NCBI GenBank assembly: GCA_964348825.1
Contig: CAYGDX010000002.1
Location: forward strand, 80,609 to 144,608
From: an uncultured Gammaproteobacteria bacterium
GTDB taxonomy: Bacteria > Patescibacteriota > Patescibacteriia > Veblenbacterales > UBA10138
Direction of reading: 5' to 3'
Length of the DNA: 64,000 nt
In this document: positions 10,061 to 19,761 of the stretch, piece after piece
Layout: every line of letters begins with the position of its first letter
Position numbering within the stretch: the stretch's first letter is position 1
Made by a program: the position numbers and the translations under genes
The notes under the pieces: model-generated
The model's input: only the letters and a program-made list of their open reading frames with translations
Database searches by the model: none
What the model was told of the DNA's origin: nothing

Positions 10061-11143
10061 ATGAAGCATTTTAAAATCACACTCGGCCTAGTGTTTTTAA
10101 TGGCCGCGGCTCTCTGGCTAACTGTACCAAAAATCACTTTGGCGGCCAGCGCTGATATTACTCTAAAAGGAGTAACTTTAGTCGCTCCTCCAGTTACTAA
10201 CCCTCTAACCCCAGTAGTGAACGAAGACAATAATAGTTTTGTTGTAAAAGCGGCTGATGCTACTAATATTTTAGTAAACTACACTGATCAAAATCTCACA
10301 ATTACACCACCAGTGCTAGGCACAAAAATCACCGGCACGCCTAAATCATTGGTTAAATTAACTGATTGGCTAGCTGGCGAAACCTTAAATATTAAAGGCA
10401 CTGTTACGTCCTATAGCGCCGGTCAATTAGTAATCAAGGCCTCAGAAATTGAATATAAATCAGCCGGTGTATCCACCAAAACCTTAAAAGGTACGGTAGA
10501 AAGAAAAGATGGAAATACTTTATATGTAGCAGTTAAGGATGGAAAATCATATGAGGTAGTACAAATTGACAATGTTGGTGTTGCGGGCAGTGGAACAACT
10601 ATAACTCCCGTTTCTTTAGCTGATACCGTGCCTGGCCGAAGTGTTCAAGTTACTCAATTATGGCGCGTGGTGCCACCAGCTACCCAATTTACCTATATCA
10701 AAACCTCTACAGTTAAAGTTTTACCAGTAGCAAGTGCCTCTAGTGTAAATCGTTTGGTAAAAATAGTTTACTCTGCTTCTGCAACACCACCATACTCCAA
10801 TGCGGTTACATATTCTAATACTACTGTTCCTAATACCACTGAATTAGGATTATATCCTAAAAACAAATTATCAATTTATAATAGCACTGATAATAATTTG
10901 TATTTAATAACGAAGGCTGGCGACCCATTGGCAGTGGATGATGGTAAAAAATTAAAACCAAATCTTAAACCGAATAGTTATACCTTGATCCCAGCTAAAG
11001 GCACTAAAACATTCCAAGTGCCAGATAGTATATTCGCAACCGGTAGCACTGCTGGCACAACTGTGGATTTTACTCTGTCCTTAAATTCTAGCGGTTCAGG
11101 TCCAGAAGTTCTACCAGTTTCAGTACGTGTAACCAAACCTTAA
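10061..11143 (+). CDS. secreted Thr/Ser/Val-rich hypothetical protein (signal peptide, likely cell-surface)
   Basis: N-terminal signal peptide (MKHFKITLGLVFLMAAALWLTVPKITLAASA), then a low-complexity beta-rich sequence. Opposite strand to the ribosomal operon it interrupts. Confidence 0.5.
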   Translation: MKHFKITLGLVFLMAAALWLTVPKITLAASADITLKGVTLVAPPVTNPLTPVVNEDNNSFVVKAADATNILVNYTDQNLTITPPVLGTKITGTPKSLVKLTDWLAGETLNIKGTVTSYSAGQLVIKASEIEYKSAGVSTKTLKGTVERKDGNTLYVAVKDGKSYEVVQIDNVGVAGSGTTITPVSLADTVPGRSVQVTQLWRVVPPATQFTYIKTSTVKVLPVASASSVNRLVKIVYSASATPPYSNAVTYSNTTVPNTTELGLYPKNKLSIYNSTDNNLYLITKAGDPLAVDDGKKLKPNLKPNSYTLIPAKGTKTFQVPDSIFATGSTAGTTVDFTLSLNSSGSGPEVLPVSVRVTKP

Positions 11144-11164
11144 GTAAATCTAAGGTAAGCTAAA

Positions 11165-11200
11165 AACAACCCTAAGCTACGTCGAGGGGTTGTTTTTTAT
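11165..11200 (+). terminator. rho-independent terminator of the 10061-11143 gene
   Basis: aacaaccc-N14-gggttgtt stem followed by a T-run. Confidence 0.5.
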
Positions 11201-11261
11201 TAAAAATAAAAAGGTCGTCTCAAATTTTAAAAACGACCTCCAGACACTGAATGTATTTTAC

Positions 11262-12011
11262 TTACTTAAACACAACAATCTCATTATATTTTGTTGCCGG
11301 TTCAAGCAAAGTAATAATTTTTTTAATTATTTCTTCTGGTTCTAAAAAATGACCAAACCTCATTATAAATGCTCGTTTCATTATTTCTACACTTACACCT
11401 CTTACTTTTGCTCGTTCTGAGATCTGCTTTTCGATTCTTTCACCCTTTATTGGACCAGGGCATAGAGCATATGCGCGCACGTCAATATTTCTATTTTTAT
11501 TAACACTGCCATACTCTTTTATCTCTGCATTAATAGTTTTAGATAGCCCGTTTACACCATGTTTAGTTATAGAATATCCCACCCTTTCAGCATATCCATT
11601 CAAACCAGCATTTGAGCTAATGTCTATAATTCGACCAAACCCAAATTTAAGCATATTTGGTAAGGCATACTTAGCTAGGAGTGTTGGCGCCAAAACATTA
11701 GTGTAAAACATTTGTAAAATTTCATCTGAATATATTTCACCGATTGATTTTGTTGGACCAAAATCAGCTGCAGCATTAATAAGTATCGAAGCGCTACTGG
11801 CATATTTGACAGCAAAAGACTCAACAGCTACACAATTAGACAAATCTAAACTAACCGCGGTTACTGAACATTTTTTAGAGAGCTCCTTTTGTACTAAACT
11901 TAATCTTTGAACATCGCGACCGGTAATCACCAAATTATTTTCCGCGGCCACTAAATTTTTAGCCACCATTTTTCCGATACCAGAAGAAGCACCTGTAATA
12001 ACTACATTCAT
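11262..12011 (-). CDS. SDR family oxidoreductase
   Basis: TGASSGIGK glycine motif and a YxxxK-type active-site region. Inserted between secY and adk. Confidence 0.7.
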   Translation of the reverse strand: MNVVITGASSGIGKMVAKNLVAAENNLVITGRDVQRLSLVQKELSKKCSVTAVSLDLSNCVAVESFAVKYASSASILINAAADFGPTKSIGEIYSDEILQMFYTNVLAPTLLAKYALPNMLKFGFGRIIDISSNAGLNGYAERVGYSITKHGVNGLSKTINAEIKEYGSVNKNRNIDVRAYALCPGPIKGERIEKQISERAKVRGVSVEIMKRAFIMRFGHFLEPEEIIKKIITLLEPATKYNEIVVFK

Positions 12012-12182
12012 ATTGTTAATCTCCGATTTTTGTTTAATTTACGAATTTCACTTTATCTTATCATAAAAACACATTTTGTCAATAGTATAAATTTGACTAA
12101 AATTAGCACAAAAAAGCCAGATATAATCTGGCCTTAAAAAACTAATAACTATTGGCTAGTGGCTAGTGGCTAGGAACTACAA

Positions 12183-13466
12183 TTACAATTCATCATAATC
12201 TCTCATCACTAGTTGGGCGTTGATTTGACGAATAGTTTCAATTACCACCGACACTACGATAAGCACTGAAGTACCACCAATCACGAGCAACTGCGAACCA
12301 GTGGCGTTTTGAAGTAACATTGGCATTACCGCAATCAGCGATAAAAATACCGCGCCAGGAAGTACCACCCGATTCATAGTTTGACTTAAAAATTCTACGG
12401 TCGTGCGCCCAGGCCGAATGCCTGGAATAAAACCACCTTGCTTTTGTAAATTCTCGGCAATTTGTTCGGGCTTGAAAACCACGGCGGTATAAAAATAGGT
12501 AAAACCAAATACCAATATAAAATATAAAATAGAGTAAAGTGGATGAGTTGGTTGAAAAACATTAATCACCCATTGACCAACACTTTGTAGCCAAACGGCA
12601 CCCGACTTAACTAGAAATTGAGCAATGAGTGGTGGAAAGAAAATCACGGAAATAGCAAAGATAATTGGAATCACACCGGCTTGCAACAACCTAAGTGGCA
12701 AATGAGTAGAAGCGCCACCAGAAGTGCGTGGTCCGTGAATCATTCGGGCATATTGCACTGGAATATTGCGCTGGGCCTCATTCACCACCACCACACTAAC
12801 AACTGTAATCAAAACCACCGCTACAAATAAAATTATATTAAAAATTTGTGAAGCATCTGTAGTAGTTACCGCAATTTGTTGAATTTGTTGGGGTAACCCA
12901 GCAATGATACCAGCAAAAATAAGAAGCGAAATGCCATTACCAATCTTCCGCTCCGAAATAATTTCCCCGAGCCACATTAAAAATACTGTACCAGCCGTAA
13001 TAGTAAGCAAGCTCAAAACCAAATCAAAACCACCCAAGGCCCCCACAATTTTGCCACTCCCAGCATTACGTAAAATAGCAATAAAACTATAGGCCTGCAG
13101 AACCGCGAGTGGTACAGTTAAAATACGAGTGTATTGATTTATTTTATGTTGGCCAGCTTCACCTTCTTTAGAAATTTCTTCTAAACGCGGCACAATCATC
13201 GTTAAAAGTTGAACAATGATTGAAGCGGTGATATATGGACCAACGCCAAGCATTACAATAGAAAAATTTTCAAGTCCGCCACCAGAAAGTAAATTTAAAA
13301 AACCTAAAAATTGATTCGATGAAAAAAAGTTACGTAAAGCCAAAGCGTCCACTCCTGGAATTGGAATATGGGCCGCTAAACGAAAAATACCGAGCATTAA
13401 AACCACAAAAAGCAAGCTCTTGCGTAAGTCGGGTGTTTGCCAAATTTCTCGAAGTTTATCAAACAT
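12183..13466 (-). CDS. secY: preprotein translocase subunit SecY
   Basis: 427 aa, 10-TM SecY signature. Follows rplO. Confidence 0.9.
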   Translation of the reverse strand: MFDKLREIWQTPDLRKSLLFVVLMLGIFRLAAHIPIPGVDALALRNFFSSNQFLGFLNLLSGGGLENFSIVMLGVGPYITASIIVQLLTMIVPRLEEISKEGEAGQHKINQYTRILTVPLAVLQAYSFIAILRNAGSGKIVGALGGFDLVLSLLTITAGTVFLMWLGEIISERKIGNGISLLIFAGIIAGLPQQIQQIAVTTTDASQIFNIILFVAVVLITVVSVVVVNEAQRNIPVQYARMIHGPRTSGGASTHLPLRLLQAGVIPIIFAISVIFFPPLIAQFLVKSGAVWLQSVGQWVINVFQPTHPLYSILYFILVFGFTYFYTAVVFKPEQIAENLQKQGGFIPGIRPGRTTVEFLSQTMNRVVLPGAVFLSLIAVMPMLLQNATGSQLLVIGGTSVLIVVSVVIETIRQINAQLVMRDYDEL

Positions 13467-13536
13467 AAAATTTTAAATCCGAAATCCGAAGCACTAAATC
13501 CGAAATTTTCGTATTTCGAATTTCGATATTCGAATT

Positions 13537-13983
13537 TTAACTAACTAATTCCACCTTTCCACCTGCGCTCTCAACTGCTTTAACCGCACCCTTGCTTGCC
13601 GCTTGCACCATTACGGTTAAATTAGCTGGCGCCTTACCCTGCCCAATCAATTTGACTGCTAAGTTGGCTTTATCAATTAAATCGTGCTTTTTTAATAACT
13701 TAGCATTAACTTTTACTCCAGCTGAAAACACTGCGAGATCGGCTACATACACTATTTGCATTTTATCATACTCACTCTTAAACCCGCGAACTTTTGGCAA
13801 ACGAGTAACAAAATGCTTAACTCCAAATTGAACCAAACCCTTACGCCCACCTTGACGCGCGCGCTGACCTTTAATACCACGAGTTGAATAAGCGCCATGA
13901 CCAGAACCAAGCCCTCTACCCAAACGCTTACGACGATGATGAGAACCTTTATTTGGTTTAATTGTATGGAGAGAAAGTGTCAT
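13537..13983 (-). CDS. rplO: 50S ribosomal protein L15
   Basis: Gly/Arg-rich N-terminus typical of L15. Position between rpsE and secY with no L30 gene. Confidence 0.9.
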   Translation of the reverse strand: MTLSLHTIKPNKGSHHRRKRLGRGLGSGHGAYSTRGIKGQRARQGGRKGLVQFGVKHFVTRLPKVRGFKSEYDKMQIVYVADLAVFSAGVKVNAKLLKKHDLIDKANLAVKLIGQGKAPANLTVMVQAASKGAVKAVESAGGKVELVS

Positions 13984-14114
13984 AAAAGTTTAAATCCTAA
14001 ATTCTAATTTCTAAATCCTAAATAAATTTTGAAAATTTTAAAATTGAAAATTTATTGAAAATTGTAAATTGATAATTGAAAATTTTAATTAATTTTTACT
14101 CTAAACTCTTACTC

Positions 14115-14660
14115 TTACTTAACTAACTTGAAACTAGCGAAGGCCTTAAGTACGGCGCGCACATTATTTACTTTATTGTTACTACCTAAAATTTTACTTA
14201 CCACATTTGGTACACCAGCGGCCTCCAGTACTACTCGCACCGGACCGCCCGCAATAATACCAGTACCAACTGGAGCTGGCTTAAGCATTACTTCAGCACT
14301 TTTATATTTTACTGTAATTTGATGAGGAATTGTAGCCCCGCGTAGTGGCGCAATTATCAAACTTTTGCGAGCACGAGCGGCAGCTTTATCAACTGCTAAA
14401 CTCACATCGGCACCCTTGGCAAGCCCCATACCAACCTTACCTTTATGATTACCCACAATCACAAGGGCACGAAAACGCATACGCTTACCACCCGCCATCA
14501 CGCGAGTAACTCGGGCGAGTTCCAAAACTTTTTGATCAAATTCGTCGTCAACTCGCGCACGATTGCCACCACGCCCGCCACCCCGTGAACCACCACGCCC
14601 GCCCGTACCAAAACGAGTTTGTGTCTGTGATTGTGATTTTGTACTTGCTTCCATATTCAT
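14115..14660 (-). CDS. rpsE: 30S ribosomal protein S5 (with RGG-rich N-terminal extension)
   Basis: S5 dsRBD and C-domain motifs, plus a GRGGSRGGGRGG N-terminal extension. Confidence 0.9.
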   Translation of the reverse strand: MNMEASTKSQSQTQTRFGTGGRGGSRGGGRGGNRARVDDEFDQKVLELARVTRVMAGGKRMRFRALVIVGNHKGKVGMGLAKGADVSLAVDKAAARARKSLIIAPLRGATIPHQITVKYKSAEVMLKPAPVGTGIIAGGPVRVVLEAAGVPNVVSKILGSNNKVNNVRAVLKAFASFKLVK

Positions 14661-14682
14661 AGTTTTAGTTATTAGTTCAAAG

Positions 14683-14763
14683 TTTCATTAGAACACTAGA
14701 GCATTAGAACACTTTATCAATTTTTTGTTTTTATGTTCTAGTGATTTAATGTTCTAATGAAAT
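14683..14763. repeat. palindromic intergenic repeat, ctagaacac family, copy R4 (between rpsE and rplR)
   Basis: Nearly identical to copy R6 at 19682-19760. Confidence 0.6.
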
Positions 14764-14767
14764 TAAC

Positions 14768-15127
14768 TTAAAATATTAAACCTGCTTCGCGAGCCGACTC
14801 AGCCAAAGCTTTCACCCGACCGTGATAAGCTACTCCACCACGATCAAATACTACTTCTTTAACTCCCTTACTTTGTGCTTTATCACCAATTAACTTACCA
14901 ACCTTACTTGCTATTTCTACTGGAGTTTTACCTTTTTTATCACCCGCAACTAATTCTTTATCGCAAGCTCCCACCAGTGTTTTACCAATTTCATCATTAA
15001 TCACTTGGGCGGTAATGTGTTTTAAACTACGAAAAACCACCAAACGCGGACGTAAAGTTGTACCAGTCAAACGAGACCGAATTCGGCCTTTTCTTTTTTC
15101 TCTTGAACTGCGAATATCTTTTGACAT
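14768..15127 (-). CDS. rplR: 50S ribosomal protein L18
   Basis: Homology pattern and operon position. Confidence 0.9.
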   Translation of the reverse strand: MSKDIRSSREKRKGRIRSRLTGTTLRPRLVVFRSLKHITAQVINDEIGKTLVGACDKELVAGDKKGKTPVEIASKVGKLIGDKAQSKGVKEVVFDRGGVAYHGRVKALAESAREAGLIF

Positions 15128-15154
15128 ATAATTAAAATCCTAAATCCTAAAAAA

Positions 15155-15712
15155 TTATTTAGCGCCGGCTGATTTTACAACCTTACCAGCTTTACGACGA
15201 ATAATTTCATCGGCATATTTAATACCCTTACCTTTGTATGGCTCTGGTTCTTTAAGTAGTCTAATTTCAGCCGCCACCTGACCAACTTGTTCTTTGGAAG
15301 CGCCAGAAATTGCGATAAACATATTTTTTTCAACCACCGCCTTAACTCCAACTGGTAAATTATAACGAACAGGATGAGAAAATCCTAAATTAAGCACCAA
15401 AGTATTACCTTCTAACGCAACCTTAAAGCCAATACCAGATAATTCTAATTTTTTAGTAAACCCCTCACTTACACCTTTAATGGCGTTGGCTACCAATTGA
15501 CGAGCCAACCCCCAAGCCGCCCGTGCCTTACTACTATCCAACTCACTAATAGTTATTTTAATTACAGAATCAGCCTGCTCAACTTTAACAAATTTTGGTA
15601 AAGTCACTCGCACTTTACCTTGTGGACCTTGCGCCAAAAAAACACGAGCTGCTTCTTCAGCTAAAGATGTACCGGTTGGAATATTAATTGGTAGTTTACC
15701 TAAACGAGACAT
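15155..15712 (-). CDS. rplF: 50S ribosomal protein L6
   Basis: Homology pattern and operon position. Confidence 0.9.
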   Translation of the reverse strand: MSRLGKLPINIPTGTSLAEEAARVFLAQGPQGKVRVTLPKFVKVEQADSVIKITISELDSSKARAAWGLARQLVANAIKGVSEGFTKKLELSGIGFKVALEGNTLVLNLGFSHPVRYNLPVGVKAVVEKNMFIAISGASKEQVGQVAAEIRLLKEPEPYKGKGIKYADEIIRRKAGKVVKSAGAK

Positions 15713-15753
15713 AATATTTAAAATCTTAATATCTAAATCCGAAATCCTAAAAA

Positions 15754-16140
15754 TTAAAAAATTTCACAAAGCACTTCACCACCTAAAGATTTTTTCTTAG
15801 CTTCTTTGTTAGTCATTAACCCTTGTGAAGTAGAAACCACTGCTATTCCCAAACCTGACAAAACATTAGGCAGTTCCGCCGCCTTAACATAAAGTCTGCG
15901 CCCTGGCTTACTAATTCTTTTGATTCCCTTAATCTTTGATTGACCATTTTGATATGACAATTCCAAAACTAAATTACGATATGGATCAGCGGCTTCTGAC
16001 ACTTTGGCTACATAACCTTCGCGCGCCAAAACATCAGCTAATTTAGCCTTAAGGGTAGAGTATGGTACTGAAACTTGCACTTTGCGAGCTAAAGCACCAT
16101 TTCTGATACGTGTAAGCATGTCACTAATTGGATCGGTCAT
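15754..16140 (-). CDS. rpsH: 30S ribosomal protein S8
   Basis: Homology pattern and operon position. Confidence 0.9.
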   Translation of the reverse strand: MTDPISDMLTRIRNGALARKVQVSVPYSTLKAKLADVLAREGYVAKVSEAADPYRNLVLELSYQNGQSKIKGIKRISKPGRRLYVKAAELPNVLSGLGIAVVSTSQGLMTNKEAKKKSLGGEVLCEIF

Positions 16141-16243
16141 AATATAAATTTATAACTATTAGTTCTTAGTTCCTAGCCACTAGTTCCTAATCATCAGTTC
16201 TACTCAACTCAAGAACTAGGAACTATTGGCTAGTGGCTTAATA

Positions 16244-16438
16244 TTACCAACTGGCCTTTCTAATACCAGGAATTTCTCCATTGTTAGCCAGTTCCCTAAA
16301 GCAAATACGACACATATTAAAATCTCTCATATAACCATGTTTGCGACCACAACGCCAACAACGTCTAACTATCCGTGTTGAATACTTGGCATTAGTAAGT
16401 GAGTTAAAACTTTTTATTTCTTGAACTTTGGTAGACAT
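16244..16438 (-). CDS. rpsZ: 30S ribosomal protein S14 type Z (zinc-binding)
   Basis: 64 aa with CWRCGRK...CRIC zinc motif. Located between rplE and rpsH. Confidence 0.9.
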   Translation of the reverse strand: MSTKVQEIKSFNSLTNAKYSTRIVRRCWRCGRKHGYMRDFNMCRICFRELANNGEIPGIRKASW

Positions 16439-16485
16439 AAGTATTTAAATTCTAAATCCGAAATCCTAAAAAAATAATTTAAAAA

Positions 16486-17037
16486 TTAATTAGCAAAAGG
16501 AAAACCTAATAATTCAAACAAACGACGACCTAATTTCTGTGAACGAGCATTGGTGGTAATAACCACCTCCAAACCATGTAAACTTTCAATTTCATCTGAT
16601 TTAATTTCTGGAAAAACTGTATGCTCACGAAAACCAAGTGATAAATTACCTTGTTTATCAACTGACTTAATTGATAACCCACGAAAATCACGCACTCGCG
16701 GGAAAGTAACACGTAGTAATTTAGTTAGGAATTCGTTCATCCGTGCGCCGCGCATTGTTACTACCACACCAACTGCCATACCTTCACGAATTTTAAAATT
16801 CGAAATTGATTTACGAGCCAATGCGAGTACTGGTTTTTGACCAGTAATACGTTCTAAAGTTTTTACCACTACTTCTTGTGCTTTGGTATCTTTTTTAGAA
16901 GCATTGAGGCCAACATTTATTACTACTTTCATTAAGCGAGGCACGGCTAAACTATTAGTTAAACCAAACTCTGACTTAAGGCTCGGTACTACCACCTGCT
17001 TATAAACTTCCATTAAATTTTTAGATGTTTGATTCAT
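16486..17037 (-). CDS. rplE: 50S ribosomal protein L5
   Basis: Homology pattern and operon position. Confidence 0.9.
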   Translation of the reverse strand: MNQTSKNLMEVYKQVVVPSLKSEFGLTNSLAVPRLMKVVINVGLNASKKDTKAQEVVVKTLERITGQKPVLALARKSISNFKIREGMAVGVVVTMRGARMNEFLTKLLRVTFPRVRDFRGLSIKSVDKQGNLSLGFREHTVFPEIKSDEIESLHGLEVVITTNARSQKLGRRLFELLGFPFAN

Positions 17038-17093
17038 AAATAGTTATTAGTTTGAAATTTTCGAATTTCGATATTAGAATTTCGAATTTTTAA

Positions 17094-17408
17094 TTATAAT
17101 ACCCCGCCACACTTATGACAAGTACGAGATTTAATTCCTTCGCTATTAATTTTAAAACGTGGACGACAATTTTTTCCGCATTGTGGACAAACAATCGCTA
17201 ACTTACTAAGTTTAAGTGGCGCTGCAAATTGCACACGATTACCAGTACGACCCGCCTGCCCAGTACGCAAATGTTTGAAACGTAAATTAATACCTTCCAC
17301 TACTGCGAGATCAAGGGCAGGAAAAACTTGTGTCACTTTCCCCTGCTTACCCAAATCACGGCCAGCCAACACTTTTACCAAATCATTTTTTTTAATTTTA
17401 AGTGCCAT
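17094..17408 (-). CDS. rplX: 50S ribosomal protein L24 with C-terminal Cys4 zinc-ribbon-like tail
   Basis: KOW motif N-terminus. The C-terminus carries CPQCGKNC...CHKCGG. Confidence 0.85.
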   Translation of the reverse strand: MALKIKKNDLVKVLAGRDLGKQGKVTQVFPALDLAVVEGINLRFKHLRTGQAGRTGNRVQFAAPLKLSKLAIVCPQCGKNCRPRFKINSEGIKSRTCHKCGGVL

Positions 17409-17444
17409 ATAATATAAAATTCGAAATCAGAAATCCTAAAAAAA

Positions 17445-17816
17445 TTATAAAACCTCAGGAGCTAAAGAAATAATCTTTTGAAAACCACCAGCCCGTAGTT
17501 CACGAGCCACTGGTCCAAATACACGAGTACCTTTTGGTTCTTTGGTTTTTTTATCAATCAACACTACCGCATTATCATCAAATCTGATATAAGAGCCGTC
17601 AACTCTGCGAGTTTCTTTATGAGTTCGTACGAGCACCGCATGCAGAACTTCACTTTTTTTAACCATACCATGTGGCTCAGCCTCTTTCACTACTACAGTA
17701 ATAATATCACCTAAGTAGCCATAACGTTTTTGATAACCACCTAAAACTCTAATACACTGCACCTTTTTGGCACCGGTATTATCAGCTACTTTTAACATTG
17801 ATCTAAGTTGAACCAT
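17445..17816 (-). CDS. rplN: 50S ribosomal protein L14
   Basis: Homology pattern. First gene of the spc unit. Confidence 0.9.
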   Translation of the reverse strand: MVQLRSMLKVADNTGAKKVQCIRVLGGYQKRYGYLGDIITVVVKEAEPHGMVKKSEVLHAVLVRTHKETRRVDGSYIRFDDNAVVLIDKKTKEPKGTRVFGPVARELRAGGFQKIISLAPEVL

Positions 17817-17857
17817 AAAATCTTCAGATTTTACCCCGAGCCAAGTCGAGGGGTGAT
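17817..17857 (-). promoter_or_regulatory. conserved structured 5' leader motif immediately upstream of rplN
   Basis: On the mRNA strand: ACCCCUCGACUUGGCUCGGGGUAAAAUCUGAAGAUUUUAUG. A near-identical motif lies upstream of rpsC (19587-19630). Confidence 0.45.
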
Positions 17858-17867
17858 TAAAAAACTG

Positions 17868-18125
17868 TTAAACCTTATTTAAAATACGAAAACGCTTAGT
17901 ACGTGAACGCGGAGCGCAAGCTTCAATTTCAACTTTATCACCTAATTTAGAAATATTTTTTGCATCATCGACTGCAAAACGCTTGGAAACTACAAAACGC
18001 TTTTTGTATTTAGGATGAACTTTCACAATTTCAACCCGAACCACGCGGGTTTGTGGCATTTTATCTGACACTACCACACCGGTTAAGCGTCTATATTGTG
18101 GCTCAGTTTTAACAGGTTGAATCAT
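17868..18125 (-). CDS. rpsQ: 30S ribosomal protein S17
   Basis: Homology pattern and position. Confidence 0.9.
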   Translation of the reverse strand: MIQPVKTEPQYRRLTGVVVSDKMPQTRVVRVEIVKVHPKYKKRFVVSKRFAVDDAKNISKLGDKVEIEACAPRSRTKRFRILNKV

Positions 18126-18149
18126 AAAAATTAATTCTAAATTCTAAAA

Positions 18150-18344
18150 TTATTTATTTTTGGAAATTAAAGTCAAAAGTTGCGCGACTTGTTGTCTAAC
18201 TTTTCGTATTGCCCTAACATCTTTTAAATCTTGTCGTGCGATTCTTGATTTAAGTGTAGCTAATTCTTGTCGCGCTTCACTTAATTTATTAGTCAATTCT
18301 GTTTTATTTAAATTTAGTAAATCTTTAAACTTTGGAGTTGGCAT
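18150..18344 (-). CDS. rpmC: 50S ribosomal protein L29
   Basis: Homology pattern and position. Confidence 0.85.
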   Translation of the reverse strand: MPTPKFKDLLNLNKTELTNKLSEARQELATLKSRIARQDLKDVRAIRKVRQQVAQLLTLISKNK

Positions 18345-18360
18345 AAATTTGATTATTAGA

Positions 18361-18450
18361 TTACATTAGAACATTAGATCACTAGAACATAAAAGCAAAA
18401 TTTTATAAGTTGTTTCAATGTTCTAGTGTTCTAGTGTTTAAATGTTCTTA
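18361..18450. repeat. palindromic intergenic repeat, ctagaacac family, copy R5 (between rpmC and rplP)
   Basis: ttacattagaacattagatcactagaacat...caatgttctagtgttctagtg. Confidence 0.6.
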
Positions 18451-18459
18451 CTGAATAAT

Positions 18460-18870
18460 TTACTGTTTAGTTATAAAAATAGTAGCGACTGGTAATTTAT
18501 GTTTGGCAAGCCTAAGGGCTGAAGCAGCTAACGCTTGTGGTACACCATCTATTTCAAATAAAATCGTACCTGGTTTAACTGGAGCAACATAATGATCCAC
18601 AGCACCCTTACCACCACCCATACGAATTTCATTACCTTTTACCGATACTGATTTATCAGGGAATACTCGAATCCAAACTTTACCCCTGCGTTGTAAATGA
18701 CCGGTAATAGCCCGACGTGAAGCTTCTAACTGACGTGATGTTAGCCAACCAGCCTCAGTCGCTTTTAATCCAAAACCACCAAAATTAAGTTCGGTTTTAC
18801 GAGTCGCCCGACCCTTAATTTGGTCACCGCGTTGCTGTTTTCGATATTTTACTTTTTTAGGTAACAACAT
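18460..18870 (-). CDS. rplP: 50S ribosomal protein L16
   Basis: Homology pattern and position. Confidence 0.9.
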   Translation of the reverse strand: MLLPKKVKYRKQQRGDQIKGRATRKTELNFGGFGLKATEAGWLTSRQLEASRRAITGHLQRRGKVWIRVFPDKSVSVKGNEIRMGGGKGAVDHYVAPVKPGTILFEIDGVPQALAASALRLAKHKLPVATIFITKQ

Positions 18871-18905
18871 AAAGTTTAAAATCCTAAATCTTACAAAACA
18901 ATGAA

Positions 18906-19586
18906 TTAATTCTTACCCGAATTACTTGATTGGCTAGCGGTATCATGCGGTGAACCAAAGAATTCTCCTTTATTAATCCAAACTTTTATTCCTAAACCAC
19001 CATAGGTCATTTGCGCTTTTGTTCTAGCATAATCTACCTCAGCTCTAATAGTATGAAGTGGCACTGTGCCAACCGTTAATTTTTCACTCCGCGCAATTTC
19101 TGAGCCATTCAAACGACCACCAATCATTACTTTTACTCCGAGTGCTCCCGCCTTCATTACTTGATCAATCGCTTGTTTCATCACCCTACGGAAAGGCAAT
19201 CTTTTTTCAAGTTCCAGCGCCATTGCCTCTGCTACTACTTCAGCTGATAACATTGGGTTAGCTATTTCTTGAATGTTAAGTTTGACATTTTTCTCGCCAG
19301 TTGAAAAATCAGCTTTAATTTTCTTTTTTAATTCTTCAGCCTGAGCACCACTGCGACCAATCACGAGCCCTGGCTTAGCAGTAAAAATTGTTACTGTTAA
19401 ACTAGAAGCGCCACGCTCTACTTCAATTCGTGATACGGAAGCACCGCGTAATTGTTTTTTTAAAAAACGACGTAATTTTACATCTTGCTCAAGTAATTTA
19501 GCGTATGATTTACGCGCAAACCATTTGGAGCGCCAGCTGTAAACTGTGCCGAGGCGAAAACTTGTTGGATGAACTTTCTGTCCCAT
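18906..19586 (-). CDS. rpsC: 30S ribosomal protein S3
   Basis: KH domain plus S3 C-domain. Confidence 0.9.
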   Translation of the reverse strand: MGQKVHPTSFRLGTVYSWRSKWFARKSYAKLLEQDVKLRRFLKKQLRGASVSRIEVERGASSLTVTIFTAKPGLVIGRSGAQAEELKKKIKADFSTGEKNVKLNIQEIANPMLSAEVVAEAMALELEKRLPFRRVMKQAIDQVMKAGALGVKVMIGGRLNGSEIARSEKLTVGTVPLHTIRAEVDYARTKAQMTYGGLGIKVWINKGEFFGSPHDTASQSSNSGKN

Positions 19587-19630
19587 AAAATCTTTAGATT
19601 TTACCCCGAGCTAAAGTCGAGGGGTTACTT
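19587..19630 (-). promoter_or_regulatory. conserved structured 5' leader motif immediately upstream of rpsC (second copy)
   Basis: mRNA strand: ACCCCUCGACUUUAGCUCGGGGUAAAAUCUAAAGAUUUUAUG. Same motif as upstream of rplN. Confidence 0.45.
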
Positions 19631-19681
19631 GTAAAATTTAACTTGAAACTCTAAATTTAATTGTTAGTTCTTAGTTCTATG

Positions 19682-19760
19682 TTTCACTAGAACACTAGAG
19701 CATTAGAACACTTTATCAATTTTTTGTTTTTATGTTCTAGTGATTTAATGTTCTAGTGAA
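19682..19760. repeat. palindromic intergenic repeat, ctagaacac family, copy R6 (between rpsC and rplV)
   Basis: Nearly identical to R4. Confidence 0.6.
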
Positions 19761-19761
19761 C

